A stretch of 64,000 nucleotides of DNA. Source: Lentisphaeria bacterium. GTDB lineage: Bacteria > Verrucomicrobiota > Lentisphaeria > JABSQK01 > JAWLHB01. Location: contig JAWLHB010000014.1 in NCBI GenBank assembly GCA_041690595.1, positions 62,001 through 126,000 on the forward strand, in the 5' to 3' direction. A program made the translations under genes and the position numbers. Under the pieces are notes generated by a model. The model saw only the letters and a program-made list of their open reading frames with translations. It did no database searches and was not told the DNA's origin. This document shows, in pieces, positions 8,848 to 18,311 of the stretch (position 1 is the first letter of the stretch; each line of letters begins with the position of its first letter).

Positions 8848-10340
8848 GACGGTTCCTCTTGCGTTCCGGGAGCAGCGCCATAGGGATTATTGCCGTCAAA
8901 CAGGTGAATCTGAAGCATATTGGTGCCTCCGGGAGTGCTGGTGGAGGGGCCGGCAACGCAGACCATGATGTCGCCGACGACGGCAGCCTTGCGAGCGAGA
9001 AGAATCTGTTCGCCTTCCTCAATCATGGCGTCAGTCTCTTCGAAGGTCCCGATGGGGTAGGCATTCACGCCCCACCACATGGCAGATCGGCGGTAGGTAT
9101 CGGCACTGGGGGTCAGCGCGTAGATGGGAGCAACGGGACGCTTTCGGCTGACTGCAAGGGCGGTGGTGCCGGTGATGGTAAAGGCGACGATGCCCGCGAC
9201 ATCGAGAGAGCGTGAGACACGACATGCAGCATCCGCCAGGGAGAGGGTCAAGCGCTCCTCTTCGTTGGTCAAGATGTCATCGCTGGTCTGCTGCTGGAGG
9301 TGCAGGAGCGGATTATCGCCCGCACCGCTCAAATGGCTTTCGGTTTCGAGCGCGATGCGCTGCATGACCTCCACGGCTTCGATGGGATACTTGCCGATGC
9401 TGGTTTCGCCGGAGAGCATCACCGCATCCGTGCCATCGATGATGGCATTGGCCACATCGGACGCCTCGGCCCGCGTTGGCTGCACATTGTCGATCATCGA
9501 CTCGAGCATCTGGGTTGCGGTAATGACCGGCTTGCCGTAGCGGTTGGCCAGTTGAATCGCGCGCTTCTGGATGATGGGCACCCTCTCGGCACGCATCTCG
9601 ACGCCCAAGTCGCCCCGGGCGACCATCAAGCCGTCGGTGGCGACAATGATCGCCTCGAGAGCGGAAACAGCCTGGGGTTTTTCGAGCTTGGCAATGATTG
9701 GCACTACCCGCCCAAGCTCGCGCATGCGCTGGCGCAGATCGAGAATATCATCGGGCTGTCGGACAAAGGAGAGGGCGACGTAGTCGACTTCCAGTTCCAG
9801 GCCAAGCTGAAGGTCGACGAGGTCCTTCGCGGTCAATGCCGGGGTGGAGAGCGGTACGCCCGGCAGGTTGATCCCCTGGCGTTCCTTCAGGACGCCTCCA
9901 TGGACGACACGGCAGATGACGCGCGACGGCCCCGTCTCCAACACTTCCAGTTCGAGAAGGCCGTCCGAGATCAGAATCTGGTCGCCCACGGAAACATCCT
10001 CGGGAAGGTGGGCATAGCTGGTGGAGATGCGTTCAGCGGTGCCTTCGCATGCCTTGGTCGTGATGACGATGCGCTGCCCATCCCGCAACACCACGGGGCC
10101 ACCCCCCACCAGTTTCCCGGTGCGTATCTTCGGGCCCTGGAGGTCCTGCATGATCGCGACCGGGCGGTCAAGACCCGCGGTGACTTCGCGGATCGTCGCT
10201 ACATACTGCCGGAAGATGTCCGGGCTTCCATGGGAGAAATTGAGGCGAAACACATCCACTCCAGCGGCAACAAGCCGCGCGAGCATGGTTGGACTGCCGG
10301 AAGCAGGGCCCAGAGTAGCGACGATTTTGGTCTTGCGCAT
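8844..10340 (-). CDS. pyk: Pyruvate kinase
   Basis: TKIVATLGPAS, RLNFSHG, DLQGPKIR, MVARGDLGVE, ATQMLESM and DAVMLSGET motifs. Confidence 0.97.
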   Translation of the reverse strand: MRKTKIVATLGPASGSPTMLARLVAAGVDVFRLNFSHGSPDIFRQYVATIREVTAGLDRPVAIMQDLQGPKIRTGKLVGGGPVVLRDGQRIVITTKACEGTAERISTSYAHLPEDVSVGDQILISDGLLELEVLETGPSRVICRVVHGGVLKERQGINLPGVPLSTPALTAKDLVDLQLGLELEVDYVALSFVRQPDDILDLRQRMRELGRVVPIIAKLEKPQAVSALEAIIVATDGLMVARGDLGVEMRAERVPIIQKRAIQLANRYGKPVITATQMLESMIDNVQPTRAEASDVANAIIDGTDAVMLSGETSIGKYPIEAVEVMQRIALETESHLSGAGDNPLLHLQQQTSDDILTNEEERLTLSLADAACRVSRSLDVAGIVAFTITGTTALAVSRKRPVAPIYALTPSADTYRRSAMWWGVNAYPIGTFEETDAMIEEGEQILLARKAAVVGDIMVCVAGPSTSTPGGTNMLQIHLFDGNNPYGAAPGTQEEPS

Positions 10341-10598
10341 GAGATGTGCGGCTCCAGGGATGAACAACTAAGGCGGTATGACATCATCGTATCAATATAA
10401 CCAGTACCACGCCGTTGGCGATTCCTTTCGGCAAGTCGCGCCGCGAATCGGATTGTGAGCGGCGTTGAACGACTGTAAAGAGGGAGATACACCTGCATGC
10501 CGGCGAAGGGCACTCCACCGCCCCACCCTGATGACGACTTATCGTCAGCCTCAAATCGAGTTCAGATTCGACGCTCTCTACAGCCAATATAACAGAGT

Positions 10599-10614
10599 TG
10601 GCACAACGGCTGCT
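10599..10614 (+). promoter_or_regulatory. Putative sigma54 (-24/-12) promoter upstream of the DUF1328 gene
   Basis: TGGCACAACGGCTGCT with exact GG-N10-GC spacing. Confidence 0.55.
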
Positions 10615-10737
10615 ATATACAAAATATAGAAAGCGATGACTTAGATGGAACGATGCCATCGCCGCGTAAATGAAAACAAACCAAGCTGCATTCCGCAGCC
10701 AACCCGGTTGCCGAAGAGGCAACCAGAGGAGGAAATC

Positions 10738-10923
10738 ATGGGTCTGCTTGGATGGACGATCTTCTTTTTTGTCTTGGCACTTATCGCTGCCGTTTTCGGT
10801 TTTGGTGGCATTGCCACCGCCGCGTCAGGGATTGCCCAGATATTGTTCTTCGTCTTCCTTGTCGTCTTCGCGATTACGCTGGTGCTTTCGCTGATGCCCA
10901 AGACCGGCAGCAGAGCACCGTAG
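10738..10923 (+). CDS. DUF1328 (YtjA/UPF0391) small membrane protein
   Basis: [24 protein letters not shown]...[21 protein letters not shown]. Confidence 0.9.
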   Translation: MGLLGWTIFFFVLALIAAVFGFGGIATAASGIAQILFFVFLVVFAITLVLSLMPKTGSRAP

Positions 10924-10950
10924 AGACAAGGCTGAATGCTTCAACCCTTG

Positions 10951-10989
10951 GCCCCTTTTCCGCCCACCGGCGGGAGAGGGGCTTTTCTT
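10951..10989 (+). terminator. Intrinsic terminator
   Basis: GCCCCTTTTCCGCC / GGCGGGAGAGGGGC stem followed by TTTTCTT. Confidence 0.75.
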
Positions 10990-11080
10990 ATGGCGGGAGG
11001 GCGCCGCAATCGCCGATGCCTTTCACCCGATTCTGTCGGCTGGCCCAAGACATACGGCACGACCTGAGTGCACTCGGCGA

Positions 11081-11737
11081 TCATACGTTCCAGCTTGCGA
11101 AGGGTCCGGGCATCGTCTGCCGGGTGAGGCCGGCGATGGGCAGTTGTCCGCAGATGGGGCCTGGGTGATGGGCTTGAAGGTGCGCGATGAGATCGGGAAA
11201 GAAGGCGGCGAAGTCGTCGGTAAGGGCGGCGTCGTGGGTGTGCAGGTCGCTGAGCGCGCTCTGCAACTGGATGGGACGCCGGGCGCGGTGGGAGATGCCG
11301 GCGAGCGCGCGGTGAATGCCGCGGGGATGCGCGTAGAGGCCAAGCCAGTCGTCGCGGATCATGTAGGGAAGGACTTGCTGGAGCCGCTCCGGCAGATGGT
11401 CGTCATGCGCCTGGAGCAGGTCGTATCCCCAGTTGCTGAAGCTGGCGAGCGACTGTCCTGCCCAAACGTCCCAGTCACGGGCGAGAAGATGATCGTAGAA
11501 GAGGTCGACAATGACGCCGGCATAGCGCTGGTGGGGCGGCGCGATGCGGCGACGGCTGGCGCGGAAAGCGGGATGCCGGTCGGTAAAAGCATCGATGATC
11601 AGGTGGCGCTTCATGCCGAGACGAAAAGCGGGGTCACGATCACCAATCGGGCCTCCTTTGATGAAGTCAACCGAGAGATTACCGATGATACCGGCCGGAT
11701 CGTTGATAGAGAGAAAGAGATGCGCGAGATGGTTCAT
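11081..11737 (-). CDS. acpH: ACP phosphodiesterase
   Basis: MNHLAHLFLS, GNLSVDFIKG, H..IDAFTDRHP and DLFYDHLLA motifs; ATGA overlap with bioC. Confidence 0.88.
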   Translation of the reverse strand: MNHLAHLFLSINDPAGIIGNLSVDFIKGGPIGDRDPAFRLGMKRHLIIDAFTDRHPAFRASRRRIAPPHQRYAGVIVDLFYDHLLARDWDVWAGQSLASFSNWGYDLLQAHDDHLPERLQQVLPYMIRDDWLGLYAHPRGIHRALAGISHRARRPIQLQSALSDLHTHDAALTDDFAAFFPDLIAHLQAHHPGPICGQLPIAGLTRQTMPGPFASWNV

Positions 11738-12561
11738 GCGGAGTTGCGGGCGAGGAGATGAAAGCGGCACCAGGTGGCGCGCACGGCGCCGGTGGCGGGA
11801 TCGCCGTGGCGCTCGTCGTAGATCTCCCGAAGGCGCTGGTAGAGGGGGCGGTCGATGATGGAGCGAGGCGAGCGCCCCGCCATGGAGGCGCCGGTGAGCT
11901 TGATGGTGCGCACGAAGTCGCGCAACGATGGATAGCAGACCACCACTGGATCGACATGCAGCTCCGCCCGCGGCCAGACCTGGCGGGCCAGTTGGAGCCA
12001 CTCGTCGGCCGCCAGCATCGGCATAACGCGCTGAACCGGTTCACGGCCGAGGTCGCTCTCGGCCTGGGCGAAGGCGTCCCGCAGCTCGCCGAAGGTCCCG
12101 GCGGCAAATCCCGAGAAAGCAAAGAGAGCATTGGCCTTGGCGAGAGCCGCAAAGTGGCGCAGGGCGGTGGGCGGATCGCTGAGCCACTGGATCATGGCAT
12201 TGGCAATGACCAGCTCGGGTGGCGGGAAGGCACCCAACGCCAGGGACTCGGCATCGCCGTGCACCCATTCGACCCGCGAATCGTGGCCCAGGCGCTGACG
12301 GGCCAGCGCCAGCATATCGGCGGAGAAATCGACGGCGGTGAGGTGGGCCTCGGGAAAGTCACGTCGAAGGGCAGCGGTGAGCCTGCCGGTGCCACAGCCC
12401 AGCTCCAGAATCTGCCGAAAACGAGCCGTATCGGCGGATCGGCGAACTCTCGCCAGAAGCTCGTCGCCCATTTCAGCCTGAACGGCGGTGACGAGATCGT
12501 AATCGTGCGCATGCAGCGAGAAATGATGGCACAGTTGCTGCTTGTCGACCATGGCGCTCAT
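11734..12561 (-). CDS. bioC: Malonyl-ACP O-methyltransferase
   Basis: VDKQ....FS..A.DYD...VQ N-terminus, ILELGCGTG SAM motif, NAMIQW and GTFGEL. Confidence 0.85.
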   Translation of the reverse strand: MSAMVDKQQLCHHFSLHAHDYDLVTAVQAEMGDELLARVRRSADTARFRQILELGCGTGRLTAALRRDFPEAHLTAVDFSADMLALARQRLGHDSRVEWVHGDAESLALGAFPPPELVIANAMIQWLSDPPTALRHFAALAKANALFAFSGFAAGTFGELRDAFAQAESDLGREPVQRVMPMLAADEWLQLARQVWPRAELHVDPVVVCYPSLRDFVRTIKLTGASMAGRSPRSIIDRPLYQRLREIYDERHGDPATGAVRATWCRFHLLARNSA

Positions 12562-13262
12562 GGCAGGAAGGCCTCCAGGTGTGCCGCGACAAGGCCAGGC
12601 TGCGTCCACTGCGGCAGATGACCGGCGCCAGGCAGCGTCACAAAGCGGTGATTGGAGGCCGCGGCAAGCTGCTCCCGCCAGCGGTTGAAGCCGGAAATGG
12701 GGCAGATGCTATCCTCTTCGCCATGCAACCAGAGGACTGGGCAGGTCACCTGGCGTGCCGCGGAGCGAAGGTCAAGCATCAGGAGCGCCTCCAAGCCAGT
12801 GCGCAGCTGCTCCGGCGTCATGTCGGTGCCAGGGAAATGTTCACGCCAACGGTCGGCTTCCGCGGCTTCCGCCGGGCTGAACATGGCGGCGGTGAAATCC
12901 CGGAGAACGGAGTCGGGGTCGGCGAGCAGCCGGAGACTCATCCGCCGCACAATGCGGGGTGACCACCCGGAAACGCCATCCCCGTCATCCACGAAGCGAA
13001 GCGTGCCGCCGATGAGCACCAGGGCTGCCAGATCGTGGCAGCTTTGCGCGTACTGGAGGGCGAGCATAGCCCCCAGGGACCAGCCGACCAGGACCGAACC
13101 CGGCCGCGGTGCCGTCGTCAGGCTGTCGCAGGTTGGCGCGACATCCTGGGGGTAGCCGAGTCGCTGATGCGAGCTTTCTCTGGGGAGGAGGTCGATCAGC
13201 GGATCCCAGACTGATGGGTGGGCGGCCCAGCCGTGGAGCCAGGCAAAGGAAGTTGCGGTCAT
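12558..13262 (-). CDS. bioH: Pimeloyl-ACP methyl ester esterase (alpha/beta hydrolase)
   Basis: LHGWA, GWSLG, HGEEDSI and GAGHLP motifs; coupled to bioC. Confidence 0.8.
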   Translation of the reverse strand: MTATSFAWLHGWAAHPSVWDPLIDLLPRESSHQRLGYPQDVAPTCDSLTTAPRPGSVLVGWSLGAMLALQYAQSCHDLAALVLIGGTLRFVDDGDGVSGWSPRIVRRMSLRLLADPDSVLRDFTAAMFSPAEAAEADRWREHFPGTDMTPEQLRTGLEALLMLDLRSAARQVTCPVLWLHGEEDSICPISGFNRWREQLAAASNHRFVTLPGAGHLPQWTQPGLVAAHLEAFLP

Positions 13263-13290
13263 GGCGCACTCCGTATGGTCGGTGGCGCCG

Positions 13291-14088
13291 TCAATCGCCG
13301 CGACATTCCAGTTCGCTGGCGGGGACCGTGACAACGCGGTCGTCATCGAGGACCACGCGCACGGTCTGCAGAAGCGGATTGATGTCGATGACTCGTCCTT
13401 CACATCCCTCGCAGCTGCACCTAGAGCCGATGCGCGGTACGCTTCGCATGAGTGAGCGATAGCCTTCATACTCGTACTCGAGGCAGCACTTCAGGCGGCC
13501 GCAGGCGCCGATGATGTTCGAGGGGTTGAGCGAAATGCCCTGCTGCTTGGCCATCTTGATATTGATGGAGACGAAGTTGGTGAGGAAGCTGGAGCAGCAG
13601 AGTTCGCGGCCGCAGGAGCCGAGACCACCCACCATTGCCGCCTGATCGCGCGGGCCGATCTGCCGCAACTCGACGCGCAGCTGCAGCTCGCGATTGAGAT
13701 CCTTGAGCAGGGTGCGGAAATCGACGCGACCCGGAGCCGTATAGATGAAGATGACCTGGGTGCGGTCGAAGGTGAGGTGTGCATCCCGCAGGTTCATGGG
13801 GAGCTTGTGCTTCGCCACGAGCTTCTCGGCGGCCCGGCAGAGCGACTTCCCGCGCACCTGGTTTTCGTGCGCTTTGCCCTGGTCGACGAGGGTTGCCTGA
13901 CGCACCACATCCGGCATTTCGCTGGTGTCGATCTCAGGCGGCAGTGGACCGATGGCGATGACGCGGCCATAGTCCTCGTAGCGTCGCGTCTTGATGATGC
14001 AGAAGTCGTTCTTCTTCAGATTGCTCTGTTCGCCCTTGCAGGCGAGGCGAATGGCCTCTCCGACCAGGACGCGATATAGGGCGCTCAT
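13291..14088 (-). CDS. ricT: RicT/YaaT (PSP1 C-terminal domain) Fe-S protein
   Basis: RVDFRTLLKDL, ELRQIGPRD, CGRELCC, SINIKMAKQQ and CGRLKCCLEYE motifs. Confidence 0.88.
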   Translation of the reverse strand: MSALYRVLVGEAIRLACKGEQSNLKKNDFCIIKTRRYEDYGRVIAIGPLPPEIDTSEMPDVVRQATLVDQGKAHENQVRGKSLCRAAEKLVAKHKLPMNLRDAHLTFDRTQVIFIYTAPGRVDFRTLLKDLNRELQLRVELRQIGPRDQAAMVGGLGSCGRELCCSSFLTNFVSINIKMAKQQGISLNPSNIIGACGRLKCCLEYEYEGYRSLMRSVPRIGSRCSCEGCEGRVIDINPLLQTVRVVLDDDRVVTVPASELECRGD

Positions 14089-14149
14089 GCGATTTCCTCG
14101 CGAGATCTCGTACGGGTAACTCAAGATTCGGGTCACCGCCCATGAGCGG

Positions 14150-14223
14150 TGCTATACTAAGTAATGCGGCGAGCCATCGCTTGCCGACGTGGTAGACTAT
14201 ACCGTAGTCACTGGCTTTTACAA
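14150..14223. promoter_or_regulatory. Candidate face-to-face sigma70 promoters for ricT and the oxidoreductase
   Basis: + strand extended -10 TGcTATACT (14150-14158); - strand TTGTAA-16 bp-TATAGT (14223-14196). Confidence 0.35.
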
Positions 14224-14266
14224 AAGCGGCGGATGCCGTCTCACCAGAGTTGAGGAGCATGGACGC

Positions 14267-15151
14267 ATGAAAATTGGTTGGATTGGCACCGGAGTCATGG
14301 GCGCCGCGATGGCAGGGCATCTGCAGCAGGCGGGCCATGAGTTGTTTGTCTACAATCGTACACGCGCCAAGGCCAGCCCGCTGCTGGATGGCGGGGCCGG
14401 CTGGTGCGACTCCCCGGCCAAGCTGGCGGAGAAAGCCGAGATCGTCTTCACGATCGTCGGCTATCCTCACGATGTGGAGGCGGTGTATCTGGGAATGGAT
14501 GGTCTCCTGGGAGAATGCGCCGAATGCCGCATCGTGGTGGACATGACCACCAGCGAGCCGGCCTTGGCGAAACGCCTTGCCGAGCGCAGCCGCCAGTTGG
14601 GAATCGAGGCCCTCGACGCACCGGTCTCGGGCGGCGACATCGGCGCCCGCAACGGCACCCTCGCCATCATGGTCGGCGGCGACAAACGCGCCTACGAGGA
14701 GGTTCTGCCACTTTTCCGCCTGATGGGAGAGACCATCGCGCTCATGGGTGGCCCCGGCGCCGGGCAGCATACCAAGATGTGCAACCAGACGCTGATCGCC
14801 GGCACGATGATCGGGGTGGTCGAATCGCTTCTGTATGCGGAACGGCAGGGACTCGACCCCCAGGCGGTGATCGACATCATCGGCAAGGGGGCGGCAAGCT
14901 CATGGCTGATCAACAACCTCGGCCCCCGCATCGTCAAGGGCAACCATGACCCGGGATTCTACGTGGAGCACTTCATCAAGGATATGGGCATCGCCCTGCG
15001 TGAAGCGGCGGCGACAGGCCTGAGCCTGCCCGGCCTCGCGCTGGTGCACCAGCTCTATATCGCGCTCAAGGCACAGGGCGACGGCAGGCTCGGCACCCAG
15101 GCGCTCATGCGGGCTCTGCGCAGACTCAATGGCCTCGATGTCACCAGTTGA
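14267..15151 (+). CDS. 3-hydroxyisobutyrate dehydrogenase / tartronate semialdehyde reductase family oxidoreductase
   Basis: IGWIGTGVMG, LDAPVSGGDIGA, GAGQHTKMCNQ and HFIKDM motifs. Confidence 0.92.
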   Translation: MKIGWIGTGVMGAAMAGHLQQAGHELFVYNRTRAKASPLLDGGAGWCDSPAKLAEKAEIVFTIVGYPHDVEAVYLGMDGLLGECAECRIVVDMTTSEPALAKRLAERSRQLGIEALDAPVSGGDIGARNGTLAIMVGGDKRAYEEVLPLFRLMGETIALMGGPGAGQHTKMCNQTLIAGTMIGVVESLLYAERQGLDPQAVIDIIGKGAASSWLINNLGPRIVKGNHDPGFYVEHFIKDMGIALREAAATGLSLPGLALVHQLYIALKAQGDGRLGTQALMRALRRLNGLDVTS

Positions 15152-15187
15152 CACTTCTTTTACATTACTCTTGAAGGCGCATGACAC
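15148..15187 (+). promoter_or_regulatory. OmpR/PhoB-type direct-repeat boxes upstream of the vWA-HK-RR operon
   Basis: TTGACA (15148), TTTACA (15159), CTTGAA (15170) and ATGACA (15181) at an 11-bp period. Confidence 0.55.
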
Positions 15188-15247
15188 CCGGAGCGGCTAT
15201 CGGCCATAGGGTTAAGTAGTTCATAACCACCTACCCCAGGAGTTGTC

Positions 15248-16639
15248 ATGCGTCCCATCCTTCCACTCTCACGTTTCGTTACCTGCGTCGGCTTTGCGCT
15301 GATGCTCGCACTGCTGGCGGAAGCCGGCGCCACCGGTTCCGTCGACTGCCGGGTATCGCTCGATTACGAGGTGATACCGGCAGGCGAGTCACGGCGCGCC
15401 ATCGTCAAGGTCACGGTAATCCCGGTGGTGGAGGCGCAACGGCGCCAGCGACCGCCGGTCAACCTGGCGATTGTCCTGGATCGCAGCGGGTCGATGAGCG
15501 GCGAGAAGATCGTCCAGGCCCGCGAGGGAGCTATCGAGATCCTCAAGCGGCTGAACAGCCAGGACTACTTCTCGCTGGTCGCCTATGGCAGCTCGGCCGA
15601 GTGCATCATCCCGTCACAGCGCGGTCTGGAATTGGATGCGGCCATCGCGCGGATTCGTCAGATCGAGACGCAAGGGAGCACCGCCCTCTTCGCCGGGGTC
15701 AGCCTGGGTGCCGGCGAAGTGCGCAAGCACCTCGGGCAGGACAGCGTGCACCGGGTCATCCTGATGAGCGACGGCCTCGCCAATGTCGGGCCACAGTCGC
15801 CGTCGGAGCTTGGGCGGCTGGGCGCTGCCCTGATCAAGGAAGGGATCTCGGTCACGACCGTCGGCGTCGGGCTGGACTACAATGAAGATCTGATGACGCA
15901 GCTTTCGCAGAAGAGCGACGGGAATGCCTGGTTTGCGCAGACGGCGGACGACCTGCCGGAGATCTTCAGCAAGGAGCTGGGGGATGTGCTGAGCGTGGTG
16001 GCGAGCAGTGTGCTGATCGAGATCGACTGCGGTCCGGGCGTGAAGCCGCTGCGGATCATCGGTCGTGAAGGGCGCATCGAAGAGGGGCGGGTACAGTTGC
16101 ACTTCAACCAGCTCTATGGCGGTCGGCAGAAGTTTGCGCTGATCGAAGTGGAGATGCCGGCCGGCGAGGCTGGCAAGGAGCAGGAAGTTGCGGTGGCGCG
16201 TTGCAGCTATCGCGATATGTTGGAGGAGAAGCAGGCTGAAAGCACCGGCAGGGCGCAGGTCGTCTACAGCGCCAGTGAAAAGGCGGTCGAGGCGTCGATC
16301 AACAATGAAGTAGTCGCCGAGTTCGCCATGCTCAATTCCGCCATCGCGCAGGATGTCACCATTGCCATGGCGGAAGAGGGGAAGGTGGAGGAAGCCGTGC
16401 AGAACCTCCAGTTCAACAGCAAAGAGCTGCGTACCCTCGGCAAGAAGTTGAACAGCCCCGCCCTGCTCCAGCAGGCTGATGACCTGGAGGTCCAGTCGCA
16501 GGAACTTCGGGAGCAGGGAGCAATGAGTCAGCAACAACGCAAAACCATGCGCACCGACAGCTACAAGCTCCGCAACAACGACGCGCCTGAGAAGCAGATC
16601 AACATCGAAAGCAACAGGCAGAATGAGCAAGGCCAATGA
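15248..16639 (+). CDS. Secreted von Willebrand factor A domain protein (YfbK-like)
   Basis: Signal peptide, NLAIVLDRSGSM MIDAS motif, ILMSDGLANVG and GVGLDYNEDLM. Confidence 0.88.
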   Translation: MRPILPLSRFVTCVGFALMLALLAEAGATGSVDCRVSLDYEVIPAGESRRAIVKVTVIPVVEAQRRQRPPVNLAIVLDRSGSMSGEKIVQAREGAIEILKRLNSQDYFSLVAYGSSAECIIPSQRGLELDAAIARIRQIETQGSTALFAGVSLGAGEVRKHLGQDSVHRVILMSDGLANVGPQSPSELGRLGAALIKEGISVTTVGVGLDYNEDLMTQLSQKSDGNAWFAQTADDLPEIFSKELGDVLSVVASSVLIEIDCGPGVKPLRIIGREGRIEEGRVQLHFNQLYGGRQKFALIEVEMPAGEAGKEQEVAVARCSYRDMLEEKQAESTGRAQVVYSASEKAVEASINNEVVAEFAMLNSAIAQDVTIAMAEEGKVEEAVQNLQFNSKELRTLGKKLNSPALLQQADDLEVQSQELREQGAMSQQQRKTMRTDSYKLRNNDAPEKQINIESNRQNEQGQ

Positions 16640-16673
16640 CAGATCGTGATCTCCCAGCCGGCGGCAGGGTCAG

Positions 16674-18311
16674 GTGAGCCGAAGCCGCATCATCCTCTAT
16701 TGGTTGTTACTGACGCTGCCCGCGCTGGCGCTGGGTGTCTGGGGCTTTGTGCTCCTGGGGCATGAGCGCGAGCGCCTGGCTCGGCATGATCAACGCGCCG
16801 CTGAAGCTCGCGGGGAGATTACCGCCCGCGAGCTTCAGCTTGCCGTCGCGACGCTGGAGAGCGAGCTGGGGGCGCGTCTGCGCCAGTTGAGCAACGGCGA
16901 TCCGCGTCGGGCGCTGCGCGAGTGGGAGCGGGAGGAGCCGCTGATCCGAAATGTCTTTCAGTGGCGCCCGCCCAATATCCTCACCATGCCCGACCCCATA
17001 CAGCCCGCCACCGATGAGGAACGGGAGTTTGTCCTGCGCTACACTGCCATCTTCTCCGGGAGGCTGCCGTGGCCGCGAAGCGCGGAGGCCGAAGCCGAAC
17101 TCGCGAGTACCTCCAGCCGATATCTGCCTGAGCGCATGAAGAGCAGCAAGAGCTGGCAAGCGCTCCAGGACGAGTCGCCAGTTCACCGCCTCACCTGGTA
17201 TTGGGAGAACCAGCTGCACCTGCTGCTGTGGCACCAGCCGCAAGAGGATGGGCCGATCAGCGGCGTGGAAGTCGAGATGGCAGCCTTCCTGGCGCGCCTG
17301 CTGCCGGCGCTGCCGGTGGAGGATTCCGAGCACATCCTGCAACTTCGGGACGGCGAGGAGCGGGTGATTCATCATGCGGGGCCGGCGAGTCATGCGGTCG
17401 ACGCGCCCGATCTGGAGCAGCTTGCGCGGGTATCGCTGGGCGAGAGCCTGCCGCACTGGTACATCGTGGTCTACCGCGCGCCCGGGCAGGCCGCGGCGGC
17501 CTTTCCCCTTTACCTGCTGGCGCTCCTCCTGCTGGGCATCTTCGTCGCGGCCATTGTCCTGGGCGGCTCGCTGTTGCTCTGGCAGGCCCGGATGCAGACT
17601 CTGGAGGCAAGGCGCAAATCGACCTTTGTCTCCAATGTCTCGCACGAACTGAAGACGCCGCTCACCAGCATTCGCATGTATGCCGAGCTTCTGCACGAAG
17701 GCCGAGCACGCGATGAGCAGAAGCAGCGCCACTACCTTTCGATCATCGTCGAAGAAGCCCAGCGGCTGACCCGCTTGGTCAACAACGTGCTCGACTTCAG
17801 CCGGCTGGACCAGGGGCGCCGGAAGTACCATCTCGAAGCACTGGTTCCGGGGGCCATTCTGGATGAGCTGCTGGCCACGCATGCCATGCGCCTCGACCAG
17901 GCGGGGATGGCCGTCGAGCGTGAGGATGAAGCGCTGCCGGCCCCAGTGCTGGCGGACCGCGATGCGCTCGAACAGGTCCTCCTCAACCTCGTCGACAACG
18001 CCCTCAAGTATGGTCGTTCGGGCGGCGTCCTTCGGATAGAGATTGGCTCGCGCGACGGCAAGGCGCGGCTGGTCGTTCTCGATCGCGGGCCGGGGGTGCC
18101 GCCCGAGCATCGCCGCCGCATCTTCGACACCTTCCATCGGGTCGACGAGAAGCTGACCGTCAGCGGCGAAGGTGGCACCGGCCTGGGACTCAGCATTGCC
18201 CGCCGTCTCCTCCGCGACCTCAATGGGGACCTCATTTATATGCCGCGCGAGGGTGGCGGCGCCGCTTTCATCGTCATACTTCCCTTTGCCAAGGAGAGCG
18301 CAATAGCATGA
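16674..18311 (+). CDS. Sensor histidine kinase
   Basis: Two TM segments, H box SHELKTPLTSI, N box NLVDNALKY, G boxes DRGPG and GTGLGLSI. Confidence 0.95.
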   Translation: MSRSRIILYWLLLTLPALALGVWGFVLLGHERERLARHDQRAAEARGEITARELQLAVATLESELGARLRQLSNGDPRRALREWEREEPLIRNVFQWRPPNILTMPDPIQPATDEEREFVLRYTAIFSGRLPWPRSAEAEAELASTSSRYLPERMKSSKSWQALQDESPVHRLTWYWENQLHLLLWHQPQEDGPISGVEVEMAAFLARLLPALPVEDSEHILQLRDGEERVIHHAGPASHAVDAPDLEQLARVSLGESLPHWYIVVYRAPGQAAAAFPLYLLALLLLGIFVAAIVLGGSLLLWQARMQTLEARRKSTFVSNVSHELKTPLTSIRMYAELLHEGRARDEQKQRHYLSIIVEEAQRLTRLVNNVLDFSRLDQGRRKYHLEALVPGAILDELLATHAMRLDQAGMAVEREDEALPAPVLADRDALEQVLLNLVDNALKYGRSGGVLRIEIGSRDGKARLVVLDRGPGVPPEHRRRIFDTFHRVDEKLTVSGEGGTGLGLSIARRLLRDLNGDLIYMPREGGGAAFIVILPFAKESAIA

